64,000 nt of DNA from Vicugna vicugna (Eukaryota): NCBI GenBank assembly GCA_013265495.1, contig MU058252.1:1274244-1338243 (forward strand). Reading direction: 5' to 3'. Under the pieces are notes generated by a model. The model had not been told where the DNA came from and searched no databases. It worked only from the letters and a program-made list of their open reading frames with translations. The translations under genes and the position numbers were made by a program. This document shows, piece after piece, positions 27,004 to 41,199 of the stretch. Numbering within the stretch: the first letter of the stretch is position 1; every line of letters starts with the position of its first letter.

Positions 27004-27535
27004 TTTTTTTTTTCCTTCCAGTGTTATTGAGATATCACTGACACACAGCACTTAAGGAAGCATGATACCTCCAGCTCTGTTCTTTCTCAAGATCGTTTTG
27101 GCTATTCAGGGTCTTCTGTGTCTCCATACAAATTCTAGAATTATTTGTTCTAGTTCCGTGGAAAATGCCTTTGGTATTTTGATAGGGGTTGTACTGAATC
27201 TGCAGAGTGCCTTGGGTGGTACAGTCATTTTAACAATATTCTTTCAATCCACGATGAGCATGGTCTAGCCTCCCACTTGTTAATGTCATTTTCAGTTTCT
27301 TTCATCAGTATCTTACTGTTTTCCGAGTACAGGTCTTTTACCTCCACAGTTAGACTTATTCTAGGTATTTTATTCCCTGTGATTCCATTGTAAATGGGAT
27401 TGTTTTCCTAATTTTTCTTTCTGATAGTTTGCTATTAGTGTACAGATATGCCAACAGATTTGTGTTAATTTTGTATCCTGTAACTTTACTGAATTCATTG
27501 ATGAGTTCTAACTTTTTTTGTGGTTTATTTTCTAT
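27004..27535 (-). mobile_element. L1 with its 3' terminus joined directly to mid-ORF2
   Basis: Poly-T and 3' terminus at 27004-27050, then ORF2 (LELINEFSKVTGYKIN...IPFT in ORF 27356-27721). Confidence 0.85.
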
Positions 27536-28439
27536 TTCTTCTGTTTCCAAACATATACATATACATACATAATTTTTATGTGTAGGTAAAAAACATACAC
27601 CATTAAGTGTAAACCTTAAGGCGGTGGATATTTTTATTTTCTTTTGTTGATGAAGTTTAACTGTATTAATTTTTTCAGATATAATAAACATTTTAAAATC
27701 CTGTTTATAGTTGAATGGCAATCTTACAAAACCTAAGAAAACTTGGCTTAATGTATGTGGGAGAAAAAAATGCTACAACATCTCCCCGCAGTTCAATGAT
27801 CAAATCGTATCATCAGCCGCACCAGAAGCCCTAGGAAAGACTCTACTAACCTAAGACTACAGGGAAGAACAGGAGGCCTGGAAACCCTGAAAGGGAAGGG
27901 ATTATACGACGCATGTTATGGGGACTGGATAGTGTGTGTCGGGCACAAAGCATAAACTCAGATGAGAAGAAGGGTGTCATAAAACCAGAAAAGACTATGG
28001 GAGTGAATTCCACAGGCCGAACGCTGAGGTTCCAGGTCACCTCTGCCTCAAGCAGAACCTTGCACGAGTCATCTGAGTTCCCCTGCACATCTGCTCGTCT
28101 GCATGTACACTGGGGATAACAGCATGCCGAGAACAGTGCTGGCACCACGGTTACGTGCTTGTTAGTCATCTACAATTACTGTCATCACTACTCCCATGTC
28201 TATGACAACAAGCACAGTGCTCCTCGGACAGCACAGTGACTTCTCAATCACTGCAACCACTTTTTCTGAGACAGCCTCCTTTCTAGCCTTGCCAGTTGCC
28301 CAAGCTCTGAAAAGAACAAGACAGAGGCCTGAGGGGTGTGTGTGTGTGTGTGCGTGCACGTGCGTGTTTTGGCGGGGAGGGGGAAGAGGAACAGGGAATA
28401 ATACCAAGAAAGAAAATCAGTCTGTATAAGCAGTTCAGA

Positions 28440-28965
28440 AACAAGGCATCATGAATCACTCTCCAGAGTGCTGCCAGAGTGATCTCCGTAAAACGTGCTT
28501 CTCGTGTCACTCTCCTAGATAAAACCTTTCAGTGTCTCTCCATTGCCTTCACAGTTAAGTCAAAACTCTTCCTAAAGCTGACTTAAAATCTCTACTTCTT
28601 CTATAGCCTTGTCTCCTGACTCTCTTAGGCCAAGCCCACCCAGCTTTTGGTTACACTAAATTTCCACACTCACAAGCTCACTCATTTCCCAGGGCCTCTG
28701 TACATGCTACTCCCTCTGCCTGGAAGGTAAGCACACTGCTATTCAGCCTTCAAAACTCAGCTCCGGATCAACTACAGAGCCCTTTCCTGACCCTCAAGCT
28801 AAGGACTGCAGCTGTGTGCTCGTGGGATGTGCACAATACAGTCCCAGGCACGCTGGACTGTTCTACCACCAGCCAGTGACCCTGCAGAGGGATCCTGCCT
28901 TTATCTGTGAATTCTGAGTTACTTTCCTGCACAGTGACTAATACATAAGAAAATAAGAATAAGAA
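28440..28965 (+). mobile_element. L2 fragment
   Basis: ctccagagtgctgccagagtgatct...aaaacctttcagtgtctctccattgcc...ctccctctgcctggaa. Confidence 0.65.
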
Positions 28966-29019
28966 AAATTTATTAAGCACAGTTGGGAAATGCTCATGAA
29001 CCAACTGATTACACCACAA

Positions 29020-30085
29020 ACCGGTAAATGAAGAGAAAGAATCATTTATCTTGCCTTTCCTACATAAACTGTTATACTAGGCAACCGAGTAACAGGTGAG
29101 CAGGGCTTTTCTGTTTATAAAAAGAACTCCAACTAAAAAAGGAAGGAACAATAGCATTAGAACATCATCATGTTACAACCTAGTAAATGAGTCACACCTG
29201 GACACTGGTCATCGAGAGCTGCTCGTATCACAAAAAGACAATCAGAATCAGACATCATGTGCCTCCTGATGAAAGAACGCACCACAACGCAAGGAGCAGG
29301 CATGGAAAATAAAACCGAACTTGCATCTGATCAAGCCTCTAGCTCCAACTACTTGCAGCTGACCCCTGAACCACACGGGTTTGAGCTGTGCAAGTCCACT
29401 TAACACATGGATCTTTTTCAACGAATAGGTACTACAACACTACAAAATCCATAGTTGGGTGAATCTGTGGATGCAGAGGGCTGACTGTAATTACAGCAGA
29501 TTTTCAACTGTGTGGAGGGTTGGTGTCCCTAATCCCAGTGTTGTTCAAGGGTGAACCTGAACTTGGAAATGCAGAGAGCAGAGAGGCATGTTAAACCTTA
29601 CAGATAAAGTCAGCAAAATCCAGACACTAGGAAACTCTACAGGGCAAATAACTTGCTTCTTCAACAAATAAACTGCAAGAAAAAAAGGAGGGTAGCAGCC
29701 TACAGAGTAAGAGACAAATCATAATGTGTGGGAGCCTGATTCAAACAAACATTTCCCCCCCAAAACTGAGACCCCTTCTTAATTTGAACACTCAATATTT
29801 GATGGTATTATGGATTTAATTGTTAACTATTTTTAGATATGATGGTGGCATTAGTTTTTTTAAGTCTTTACTTTTTAGAGATACATTCTCAAGTATTAAT
29901 AAATGAAGTTATATTATGCCTGAAATTTGTTTCAAAATAACATGAGAGAAGTAGGTAACAGTATAAAAGAAACACTAGCCATGTGTTGATAGTTATTTAA
30001 GTTAGGGGTTCATTATACTGTTCTCTACACACTTGTATTTGGGCAAACTTCCTATAATAGAAAGCAAAAAAAAAAACAAACAAAC
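29020..30085 (+). mobile_element. Old L1 3' UTR (L1MC-like) with a nested Tigger MITE
   Basis: gacatcatgtgcctcctgatg...tcagcaaaatccagac...cttttagagatacat...ggggttcattatactgttctctac. Confidence 0.7.
29356..29559. mobile_element. Tigger2-derived MITE
   Basis: Terminal inverted repeats CAGCTGACCCCTGAAC and GTTCAAGGGTGAACCTG. Confidence 0.85.
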
Positions 30086-30619
30086 AGGGAAAAGGAGTGA
30101 CTATAAATCTACTGAATATCAGGGCAAGGGGAGGGAAGGAAAAAGATCACAGATGGAGGTGGCAGCAACCTGAAAGAAATTATTTTAGCACAAAGAAGAC
30201 CTTTGCTGAAAAAAAAAGACACCAAAGAGAAGAAAGATGCAGGAGACAGCAGAGGGCGGGGGGTTAAGTGAAGCTGCGGCTGCACAGGACTTTCAGCAGG
30301 GATGCTACAGGGAACACTGTCTGGATTCAAATCCTGCCTCCACGCATGACTCAGTCTGTGCCTTAGTTTCGTAGATGTTTAAAAAGAAAAAAGGGTAACA
30401 ACAGTCCTTACTTTGGAGGACTTTTTAAAGAACTGTATAAGTGACTACGGTTATAATATACAGTTCTCTTAAAACAGTGCTTCAGAGAAGTTCTCAGTAA
30501 ATGTTAGCTGTTCTCTTCATCATCGCCATCCTGCCCACTTTACAGACTGACTCTCAGACCCCTAAGACGCAAAGGCACTTGCTTAACAACTTTAGAATCA
30601 TCTTCCAGGCTGAATACTT

Positions 30620-30975
30620 ACTGCAAAGATTGGCTGGCTATTCACCAAACAACTGTCCTTTCCACATGGGCACGCAGCTAGGCTACATTTTCCAGCCTCC
30701 CTTCCGAGTTCCTGACAATGACATGTGGGCAGAAGTGATGGATACCTCTTCACTACTCCCAGGCCCTGCCCCCAAACCTCCCACACAATCCTGCACCCCT
30801 CTCTCACCCATCTGCCAAGTAGATAGCAATGCCCAGGGCAATCTTGGAAGTCATATGTATCAGACAGCAGAGAACAGATTAACTCAAGTCCCAGTAGAAT
30901 AAACTATTATTGTCTTAAGCCCCTGAGATTTCAGGGTTTATCTGTTACAGCAGCTGACACAACTTCAACAAACAC
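30620..30975 (+). mobile_element. MLT1-family solo LTR (MaLR)
   Basis: ctacattttccagcctccctt...aataaactattattgtcttaagcccctgagatttcagggtttatctgttacagcagc. Confidence 0.8.
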
Positions 30976-31215
30976 AGTACTTTTTATGGACCCATCACAA
31001 CACTCATTACTCCTCATTTTACAGACAGGAAAAGTGAAACATGGAGAGGATCATGGTCACACAATTAACTATTAAGGATCTGAACCAGCACTGGCTTAAT
31101 ACAGGGCTCAGGCTCTTAAGCGTCTCCTAAGATCATAATACCAGCAAGTGGAACCAGGATTTTTATAATTTACAATGGATACATTTAATACAGAACTTTG
31201 TTACGTATTCCTTTA

Positions 31216-31218
<3 letters not shown>

Positions 31219-31252
<34 letters not shown>
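31219..31252. repeat. (AC)17 microsatellite
   Basis: Read directly from the sequence. Confidence 0.98.
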
Positions 31253-31254
<2 letters not shown>

Positions 31255-33749
31255 CTTTAATCTCCCAGAAGAATAACTACAAAACAGTGTTTTGTAGAAA
31301 AAAGATATAAATTGGCCCCCAAAAGTTTAAGTGGATTTTTACAATGGACAAGACACACATAAGAGTAAGATACTTTTAAAAGACCATGTAAGTTAAAAAG
31401 ACCACACTTCTTTATTACCCTTGCAGCATATAATACACATATAGTACGAGTTTAAATGTTTAATCCAACTTTTTCCTATATGATTTCACCTGAGCCATCC
31501 CTATTTATTGACAATTATATAACATGGTTTAATATTACTAATTTTTAAAAACAAGACTCTGTAAATGAAAATCACTTTAATTATCACTGAATTGCCCCTA
31601 CATTATTAATCAACATGTACCCATGAGAAGATGTATAAGACATACTATTAAGCAAAAGAAGCGAGTTATATAACAATGTTTAAAGCATAATTCCATTTGT
31701 TTCCCAAAAAAACATATACTTGTCTGTTTTTTTCCCTATACATATATATCTCTTATCTACAAATGAAAAACATCTGAAAAGAAATACAAGAAAATTCCCA
31801 GTGATCATCTCTGGGGAGTAGACCTGAACCTGTGATGTTTACCTTTTGTTAGAGTTTGAATTTATGATGAGTATGTATACTTATAGAGTAAGAAATATTT
31901 GAAAATAAAGACACATTTATGATTTATAGTCATGCAAAGCAATCAAGCTCCCCAAATCCCACATTACCATGATATGCAGAGTGGAGTACCTAGGTTGAGG
32001 GGGAGGGAGTAGCCTTTTGTAATGAATGTATCATTTGACCAATTTCAGTCACAGATATGGATCGATGTGTCTTTAGATGTCTATTAGTTAATCTATTTTA
32101 AAACATCTGGTAACAGTTAACCAAGCATATTCCTTTCTGTGATATGTAGTCCTAACATGAAGAATACCTGGGATTACATCAGGAAAAATACAGTATTAGA
32201 ATTTTTAAGTCTCATTTTGGGTTCAAACTTTATGATCTTTCAAGGACTATTTTAGCTTTAGGCTCTCCAAATGTTACAGACCCTTGAAGACAAAAGAGCA
32301 ATTCGAAATATCATTTGTCAAGGACCTCATTGTGTCCTAAGCACTATTCTAGATTCATTAATATAAAGTTATATCACATTAATCAAAATAGCATTTGTCA
32401 AGAGCTCAGGGGCAGTTATTATCGTAATTAAAGTATATTAAGATAAATGTTCCTTAACCTAGAATTTTACACAACTGTATGACAGTGAAGCAGAAACAAA
32501 TTTTTATTATACATGTTAATAGAATTGGGAGGAGAGACTATGGCAAAGACAATTCAAAACAGCAAGTATTCAAAATAAATTTATATTTGGCTTTAAAATG
32601 TTTTTCCAACCCATCTGCTTAAGTATGAGGAATGTTCTGATAGTTTAAAAATTCAAAAGCAAAATATGTCTAAAAATAAAGCCAAACTATGGGAAAAAAG
32701 ATGATTCAGCAAAAGGTATAGAGTATGGTCCTGATTCTGCTTCCAGCTCTAGTAACTGAACCTTGAACTGATGCACAAAACCTTCAACTGAGTTCCCTAC
32801 ATGAAGTAAGTGTACTTGTGCGACCTTCCTTGAGTTAGAGGAGTTAAGGCTTCCTGTGTGAATTGAAAAAGTAAATAAATTGGTTAGAACCTCGTGAAAT
32901 AGCCAATATTTAACCATTTCATCCTTTTAATAAAAGGCAATTTCATATGGTTCAAGCTAACCCAACCTCCTTGATTCTAGTAACTATACGAGGAAATTTT
33001 ACATGCTTCCTTGCTACTTTCATCCTGTTCTCCTCCCCCCCTAAAACAGTTAATATAGGATTGGCAGCTTTAAAACTTTAAGGTTTTATTGTAAGTCCTG
33101 CTTTATTACAAGTAAGAAAAGTCATCTGCCTGGTTATTAGAACTGAGTGTCATCACTCAAAACTAAGTTTCACTGAAAATAATTAATAAGCTCTGATGTG
33201 AATTTTAGTCTGAAAGAGGTAAACTCACAGGAAATAACAAAGCTGTGAGAGCAAGACTAAGCCAAAAACGTAAGAGACAGGGAAGACCACTTGATTTAAA
33301 TAAGTCTAACACAGAGCTTCACATCTCAAAATGAGAGATTTCTACTTTTGTTAGATTTCATTTGGAAATAATGATCTTCCATATCACTGAGTTAATAATA
33401 TGTTATACACTAAAAGTGATGAATAACTATTAAAAACAAAGAAAAATACTGACTGAGGGAACCATCCAGGTCAGAATACTCAGCAGCCACCAAAAAAAAT
33501 GAGGCAGTTATGTGGATCCAGAGAGATGGCCAGAATACATCGAAGTTAAAAACACAAGCTGCAGATTAATGTACAGAGTATGACGACATCTGTTGTCTTA
33601 AAAACAGTACATACTCAAATATGCACATTTATTTCTTACATATAGACAGAAAGATTTGCCAGACCTCAACCTCATGGCAACGACCACTCGAGAGAAGAGG
33701 AGACAGGGCTGGAGAGAGACGACAGAGGGGGAGAAGCCTAGGACTACGC

Positions 33750-33930
33750 GGGCAGCACAGCAGTTACAAGCTACATGTGGCTGTTTACATTCAAAGTGAT
33801 TAAAATTAAAACTAAATGCGGGTAAAATTTCAGCCCCTTAGTTCCACTAGCTCCATTTCCAGTGGCTACCACACTGAACAGCAGAGATACAGAACAGCGC
33901 CATCACTACAGAAAGTTCTACTAGACAGGT
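33750..33930. mobile_element. MER3-like hAT-Charlie MITE
   Basis: agctacatgtggctgttt...agtggctaccacactgaacagcagagatacagaac...catcactacagaaagttctactagacag. Confidence 0.75.
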
Positions 33931-34524
33931 CTGGTCTGAAATAGAGCAGAGAGACCTGGCTGAAGCCTGACACAACTTTTAAAAGAAGACAAGACAAGGA
34001 AGAAAATGTACTCCTCCCTCCACCATTCCTGAAAACTGAAACCACAACAAAAAGCAGAAATTATATACAAAGAAACTTTTAAAATAATAATAATAATTGC
34101 ATCTTCAGGTGACATCTACCTGAACTAGGTTAAATTTCTTTTTACTACTATATTTAGAATTAAAAGGTTTATTATGTAACAAACCAACCTGGCAATTGGA
34201 GGGCAGTAAGGATTTTACAACCATCTACTTAAAAACATACAATGACATTTCTCATCAGAAAAGATTATCTTCAATGACCTCTCCCTGATAACAATGGTAT
34301 TCTTGCACTTATAAATAATAAAATTGGAGAAGTTTTAATTTATAATTCAGATTTATGAATCTAAACAGGATTTCACGAAAAAACTCATAATCACAGAGAC
34401 ATAAGCCCTGAATAGGTTAAAACAATTCTAATGAGCCTGCTTTAACAATTCCATTAGTAAAACTTTCTATATAACTTTAGTTGATAGATGAAATTTCACT
34501 TCAGAAATTTATTTCTAAAAGTAC

Positions 34525-34951
34525 CATACTGTGTTGAACAGTGTCCCCAAAATTCATGTTCATCAGGGACCTGAAAAATGTGGCCTTATTTGTAAACAAG
34601 GTCTTTGCAGATGTAACCAATTTAAGATAAGGTCATGCTATAGTAGGATGAGCCCTAAATCCAGAATGGCCAGTGTCAGAGACACAGACACACAGGGAGA
34701 AGTCCACGTGACAATGGAGACAGAGACTGGGGTGAGTAGTTGCCAGTCAAGAAGAAACAAGGATTGCCAGCAACGACCAGAAACCAGGAGAGAAACACCA
34801 AACAGATTCTCTCTCTGTCTCCAGGAGAAACCGACTTTGCCAACACTTTGGTTTCAGATTTTTAGCCTCCAGATTGTGATACAATAAATTTCTGTTGTTT
34901 GAAGCCACCCAGTTTCTGGTACTCTGTTGCAACAGCCCTAGGAAACTATAC
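34525..34951 (+). mobile_element. MLT1 solo LTR (MLT1B/C-like)
   Basis: gttgaacagtgtccccaaaattcatgt...aataaatttctgttgtttgaagccacccagt...cagccctaggaaactataca. Confidence 0.9.
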
Positions 34952-35299
34952 ACCTACGTTCTCCCCCTGTGTAACAGGCTAATTCAGAATACCAGATACC
35001 TCTCCCCATCACCAGAAAAGACAGCCACACACACACACACACACACCCCCTCGCTCCTGACCAGATGGGACAAAATGAGGATATTCCAACTCACACTCAG
35101 GAAAATATCCAAGATAACCATTTAGTAGAGGAGGAAAAAATACAGAATAAAAGCTCACCAAAACATTCACAGTAGCACTATTTTTAAAATCAAATGGCTG
35201 CAATATTGAGGTATCCATCTATGTACTTACATAGTTACCAACAGCATGTGCTCTGGATCCAAGTCAACCCCTTACTCCAAAATGCCCTCCCTTTTTTGT

Positions 35300-36672
35300 T
35301 AATCTTTAACATCTCCCCACTATCACCATTCCTGCCACTGTCTCCCTCCCATTAATCTATAAATAAGCCAGAGCCTTACCTACTTCTACATGTCCGTGAC
35401 TCCTGAACCCGGCGCTTCCTTCCTCTCATAAACTCTACCTTCTTTAGCAAGTTTCCTCAGTCATTTACGCATCTTTCCCTTATCTCTAATTCAACAGAGA
35501 ACCTTCTGCAATCTGGTTAACAAACCCAATGTTCCACTGATACTAGACTGTCAAGTCTATCAGACACTCTGTAAGACGTCTTTACCTTCCCCCCTCCCCC
35601 CAGTTATCTCCAGGATACCTGACAAGGTACATCATTACACATGGTCCCGCTGGAAATCTCTATCTCCTGGCTTCTGACCTCCCTTACAGCGGTCCCCCAA
35701 CCACCAGTGAAAACACTAATGCTTGCTGGAATACAGCTCCCAGGCTCTTCTTTTCACTACACAGGTTCTTCTGCCCTCAGCTTCCACTTTTCCATGGAGT
35801 CTTGGCTCTCCAGTCCACACCCACTATCCACACAACCAAACTCCCAGTGACCATCTTTGCCTGAACGTAAAACAGGCACTTTAAATTCAACAGATCCAAA
35901 ACTCAATCTGTCATCATCTGGCTTCTACCCAAATTAGTTCCATCCATCTAGAAACGTCAATCATTTCAGTTTTCTCCTCTTCCTAAATAACTCCTATTAA
36001 TCCTACCTCTGGAACCTCTTTTCAATCTGTTGCCTCTTCGTCATCTCCCAAACTGTCTTAATTCAGGCAGTCATTCCTCTCTCACCTGCCAACACTCAAC
36101 TACTTCCAATCTCTCTCCACTTACCCTTCATACTAACGCCAGACATTTTGAAAATGCAAATATGATGCCACTCCTCTCCTTTCATCCCTCAATGGTTATA
36201 GACTACAAGTCTTAGAGATGGAAATACAAACTTCTTTTTAAAAAAAGAAAGAAATACAAATTTCCTAATACAGCATAAAAGACCCTTCATTGTGCAACTT
36301 CTGCCAACCAATTTAGCCTCCTCTGCTGTCACTCCTCTACATGTTATACTGTCACCATGTTTAACCTTTTATCAACCATTTACCATTATCACTCACAATT
36401 CTTTGCCTGTATGTATGCTATTCCCTCTTCCTCAAATGACTTCTGGACAGTCCTTACAAGCTTCCGTTTGATGTTACCTCTTCCAGGAAATCATCTGTGT
36501 AAGCCTTGGAACAATAAGCGCCTCCTCTTTTCAGCACTCAGAAGTGTGGACGCATCTCCACTTGTATCTCCACCCCCGCCCCTTCACCCAACTTTAGGAT
36601 TTATGGGCAGGGATCTCATCTTCAGAGCACTGACACAGTAGGAGGTGCTCAGCAAGTACCAAACGAATAAAT
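35300..36672 (+). mobile_element. Degenerate L2
   Basis: C/T-rich body ending cactgacacagtaggaggtgctcagcaagtaccaaacgaataaat. Confidence 0.6.
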
Positions 36673-37029
36673 CAAATTCATAGGTTGACACATACAAAAA
36701 AATTTTAGCACATTAAGGACTTAAGACAAAATATGAAACTTGTCAACTTTACATTGAAAAGGCTTTAATATATTGGTATTTACATTTCATACATACTACA
36801 CACACACTCCCATAAATATACCGTCACGTCTGATTCTACATAACCAGTTCCTTTCCCCAACCTAGCACAATCCTACAGCAATTCTTTGCTGTGACATATA
36901 CTGCTCACATTGAGTCCAAAGAAACTAATTACCCCTCATCATATAAATTCACATGCCCACAGACAGACAGGAAATTTTTTGGGAAGAACATAAATAAAAC
37001 AGTTATTAGCATTTGTAAGGGCAGGACAG

Positions 37030-37415
37030 TGTTGCAGTCTGAACTGTGCTCCCCCAAAATTCTTATGTTGAAGCCATATCCTCCAGGATCTCAGAATGTG
37101 ACTATATTTGGAGATAAGGCCTTTGAAGAGATAATTTAAGGTAAAATCGGGTTGTTAGAGTGGGCCCTAATCCAACATGACTGATGTCCTTCTAAGAAGA
37201 GGTTAGGACACAGACGACACAGAGGGACGACCTGGTGAGGACACAGGGAGAAGGCAGCTGTCCACAAGCCAAGGAGGGAGGCCTCAGGAGAAACCAGACC
37301 TGCCAACACCCTGATCTTGGATTTCTAGCCTCCAGAATTGTGAGAAAATAAGTTTCTACTGTTTAAGCCATCTAGTCTGTGGTGTTTTGTTATGACACCC
37401 AAGCTAATAGAGACA
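37030..37415 (+). mobile_element. MLT1 solo LTR (MLT1A/B-like)
   Basis: tgttgcagtctgaactgtgctcccccaaaattc...gtgggccctaatccaacatgactgatgtcctt...tttaagccatctagtctgtggtgttttgttatg. Confidence 0.9.
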
Positions 37416-37829
37416 GCGTCCAAGAATTTATAGAACTTAAATTTCCTAAACATGTACGTGGAATTTTTTTTTTTTTGAGAAGCCAGGAGGGCTTTGGGGA
37501 TTTTCATTTCCTTCTTCATGTTGGTCTATATTTTAAAACCTTTAAAAAATGCTATTAAATTAAATGGCATTTACTGAATACCCCAGACATCAGAGTTTAC
37601 CATACGCTGCCACAAAAATTGTATTTAAACTTACTACTTATCATGTGAAACAAAATAATACACTATGCTAAAATTAGATATTTTTACCAGCTCCAAAAGG
37701 AACTGGTGGAGGTAAAAACTGGAGAAGAACACTGCTGTTAAACATTTCCCTGGAGATGAGACAACTAACAGTTACAAGCACAAAACCTTGTCCTGGAGTT
37801 AAAGTCATTATAGGAAACAGGCACCACAG

Positions 37830-38030
37830 GACGGACTCCAGGAGCTAAGCATCTTAGGCATCATCCTTTAGTTCTTCCAACAACTCGGTGCAGGTGAGAC
37901 TGAGCCCCCGTTTTTCAGATAAGGAGACTCAGGCTCTGAGAAATGAAGCCACTGGCCAAGGTTACACAGTGAGGAAGTGCCGAGACTCGATCCCAAGTCC
38001 GTGTGTACTACAATCCCACGCTGCCTGGTG
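37830..38030 (-). mobile_element. MIR
   Basis: ccccgtttttcagataaggagactcaggctctgagaaatgaagccactggccaaggttacacag. Confidence 0.8.
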
Positions 38031-41000
38031 CTAAGAGCCCCTGAGTGCTTAGCAGGTATTCATTTAGCATCTGCTGTATGCACTTTGCTGGATGTATGAG
38101 ACAGAGTTATGCCCCAAGAAACACAGCCACTACTCCAAGGACTTAGATCTTCCTCTTTAACATTCTGTTGCATGTGCATTTTTCCTATCTCCTCAACTAG
38201 ATTTTAGAGCTCCTCAAAAGAGTTGTGGTAGAAAAGGAAAAACAAAGAGCTTTGAGTCAAAGTTCTGGAAAAATTCTGGCTTTTTTTCACTTACATAAAT
38301 TAGTAATTTGGATTCCTCATCAGTAAAAGGGTTGTGGATTAAGTAACATGCATGAAATTGCTGGGAAGAGTGCCTGGTGCAGAATGGATACTAGATAAAT
38401 GTTAATGAAACATGAATATTCACTTACAACCTTCACAGAGTTAAGCAAACTCCAAATTCAAACTTTTTATTTCCCCAATACTCTAATTTCTCCAATGGCC
38501 TCTTCAGGATTCAAAGATTCAACTCATCACTCACTCTACCCCATTCATCTACACTACAACTTAATATTCAAAGCAGAAAAACGAGTATCCTGAATCTTCT
38601 TTATAGCATGGCCTTTTATAGTAGTGGTCTCCAAAGTGGAGTTCACCCAGGACACCTGAATGTTCCAAAGGCCTGAAAATATTAATAAAGAATATGATAT
38701 TTAGCTCTTCTAAAATTTAGCAATCTATATTAATATAAGGGTTGTGACAGACACAATTGATTTCAAAATAAAAATAAAAAGGATACAGGTGATGAGATTC
38801 AAACGCTTTCTAGTGGAGGCATGACTCAAACATAAGTTCAGAGACAACTGCTTTAGAGCCACACTTACAACGTTCCACGTGGGAACTATCACACCAAGTA
38901 TACTACATTTTATTAACACTGAACACCGCACAAGCAGGCCTAGCAATTCCCCACTTGTGGGCCCCCCTACCCTCGAGCTGCTCCTCCTGCCGGGACATCC
39001 GCTAACATGTAACCCCGACCTTCCCAGCAAACACCCACTCGTCTGACCATGTGGTCTTTACTGATCTGTACAGACAAAGGAGGTTAGCCTCTACAAATCT
39101 AAAGCTATGAGTTTACAAGTTAAATTATAACACACAGCTAATATAAGGAAAAATGTAGGTACCTTTCCCTTGCTCTAAGATATAACTTCATTAAGAAGAA
39201 AACAATATTATTTATCATTATACACCCCTCAGCATCTCTTGGAAAAACATTCCTCTAGGCAAATTTTGATCAAAAGAAGTTCACTGCATTTAATGCAAAC
39301 TGAAATGATACTCCTTCTAAACCTATACTTAAACCTTCCGCCAGAAAAGTATTCCACACAAAAAGGACATAAGTGAATGTGTATTTATTTTGAGCCCTAA
39401 AACCCTAAATTACCAATTACTGTAACAGTGTTATAACTCTATTCCAATTATAGTACAGAAACTTAAACCAGTAACTTTTTAGAGAATGTCTTGTCTTTAA
39501 GTACAGAACATGGAATTTAGAAATTATTCTAATGTCCTACCGAAAATACATTAGAGTGGACACTTTGTAAAAAGAAAACTAAATATATTTTCACTTGCTT
39601 CCACTGAATTCTCTCTTTTGGCTATGCCGTGATAAGCTATCGTGCAAAAACCGTAAATGTATCTCACCCATCTGTGCCCCGCACCCAATGTATCTCGAGC
39701 CTTGGGAAGGCCTCAGAGTGCCCGCCGAACGGTGGAAATGATCCAAACTGATCTACTCACAATTTCTTTTTCAACAATGAAGTGTGTAGTTAAAAGGGGA
39801 AAAATACAGCTTTTAAAAATACACCTTCTCTAATATCACACAGGTACTTCACATTGACCCTACTTCCCCACTTATAACTCACCTGATTAGTTATTAATAA
39901 TCACCCCTTAGTCAAAGGTAAAAACAAGGGGCTACGGATGGAATTGTTCATCAAGTATCTTCAAGGCAGTGTTCTTAGCATTCTACATTCACGATCTCAC
40001 TGAAGGCTCAGGGTTTAATTAACTTGCCTAAAGTCACATCAGAACCATCCAACTGTACAGCTCCAGGAAGCAGCATTTGCCTGTATTTTATGGGAACATC
40101 CCCAGCACCACAGGAATGGAGCTGTGAGATGAAGTGGTCTGGGTCACACAGCTAGTAAGTAGTGGGGCAACCATTCTAGAGTAGGGACTGAAAAGTTTGT
40201 ACCAAAAGCTGAACATCATTGCACACAGAGATAAATTTAATCAAAGCTCAAAAACTCTGCTGTCTGATGAGGAAGAACACACTCAAAATCTTAAAGCCAC
40301 ACTGCATCCCAGGTTGAAACTGAAAGATGAACAATTAATCGTACTATAAAACAAAAATCTCTCATTACATAATAAGCCAACTATCAGCTCTGTTGGTGAA
40401 GAGAGGGAGGGAGGGAGGAAGGGAAGGAAAAGTCAATAAACCATGACCACTAAAGAGAGGAGCAGGAAGCAACTGTGAGAAGAAAATCTTACTGAAGAAC
40501 CTCCCTCAGTGACCGCACATCTTCAGTGCTGGGAGGCAGTAACAGGGAGGTCTCAGGGGTGCAGAGGAATCAGAGTGGTTTTGTTTTTCTCATCCACCCC
40601 ACTGCTGCCCCTACAAGACCACAGTGATAGTTTTGCAAAGAATGACTAGCCAGCATCCAGGTTAAAGTGACACTTGCACCTAGAGTAGGAAAAATTGTAA
40701 ATTATGCATCAGTCTCTGCATTCACCTGTCCCTATTTGTAACTTTGAAAGGATTCATTTATTTCAAAATTAGAAAACTTATCTGAGTAAAAAAATCTCAC
40801 TAAAATATCTGGTTTGGAAATACTTAGACTCCATTGTTACAAGAGCTTATTCTATTAACATACAAAGACTATTGACAAATCACTTAAAAAAAAAAAAAAG
40901 ACCAAGCCAATAGTAAAGAGGGCAGTGACGTACAGAAGTCACTACTGTTACGCAGCCCCTCAACTTGCTCGGGCTGTCGGAGCCCACCCCCCATTATAAG

Positions 41001-41199
41001 CCCGAAAGGAGCAGATCTGGGCTTTCCTGGCCTCACCTATAGCTACAGCCTCAGCACGTAACAACCACAGCCAATAGGATATGGGGGAAAATCTGCTGAG
41101 GGCTTCCAGGGAAGGTTTTGGTTCCAAACAAAAGAGATGTACATGAACAAATGCACTCCATCTCGACCAGCTGCAGTCGTGTGGACTCCTGGAGATGTG

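Noticed and set aside
39877..39906. Consensus donor CAG|GTGAGT with a possible 24-nt micro-exon
   Set aside because: The acceptor is weak (AAG) and isolated consensus donors arise by chance in introns this long. No other support.
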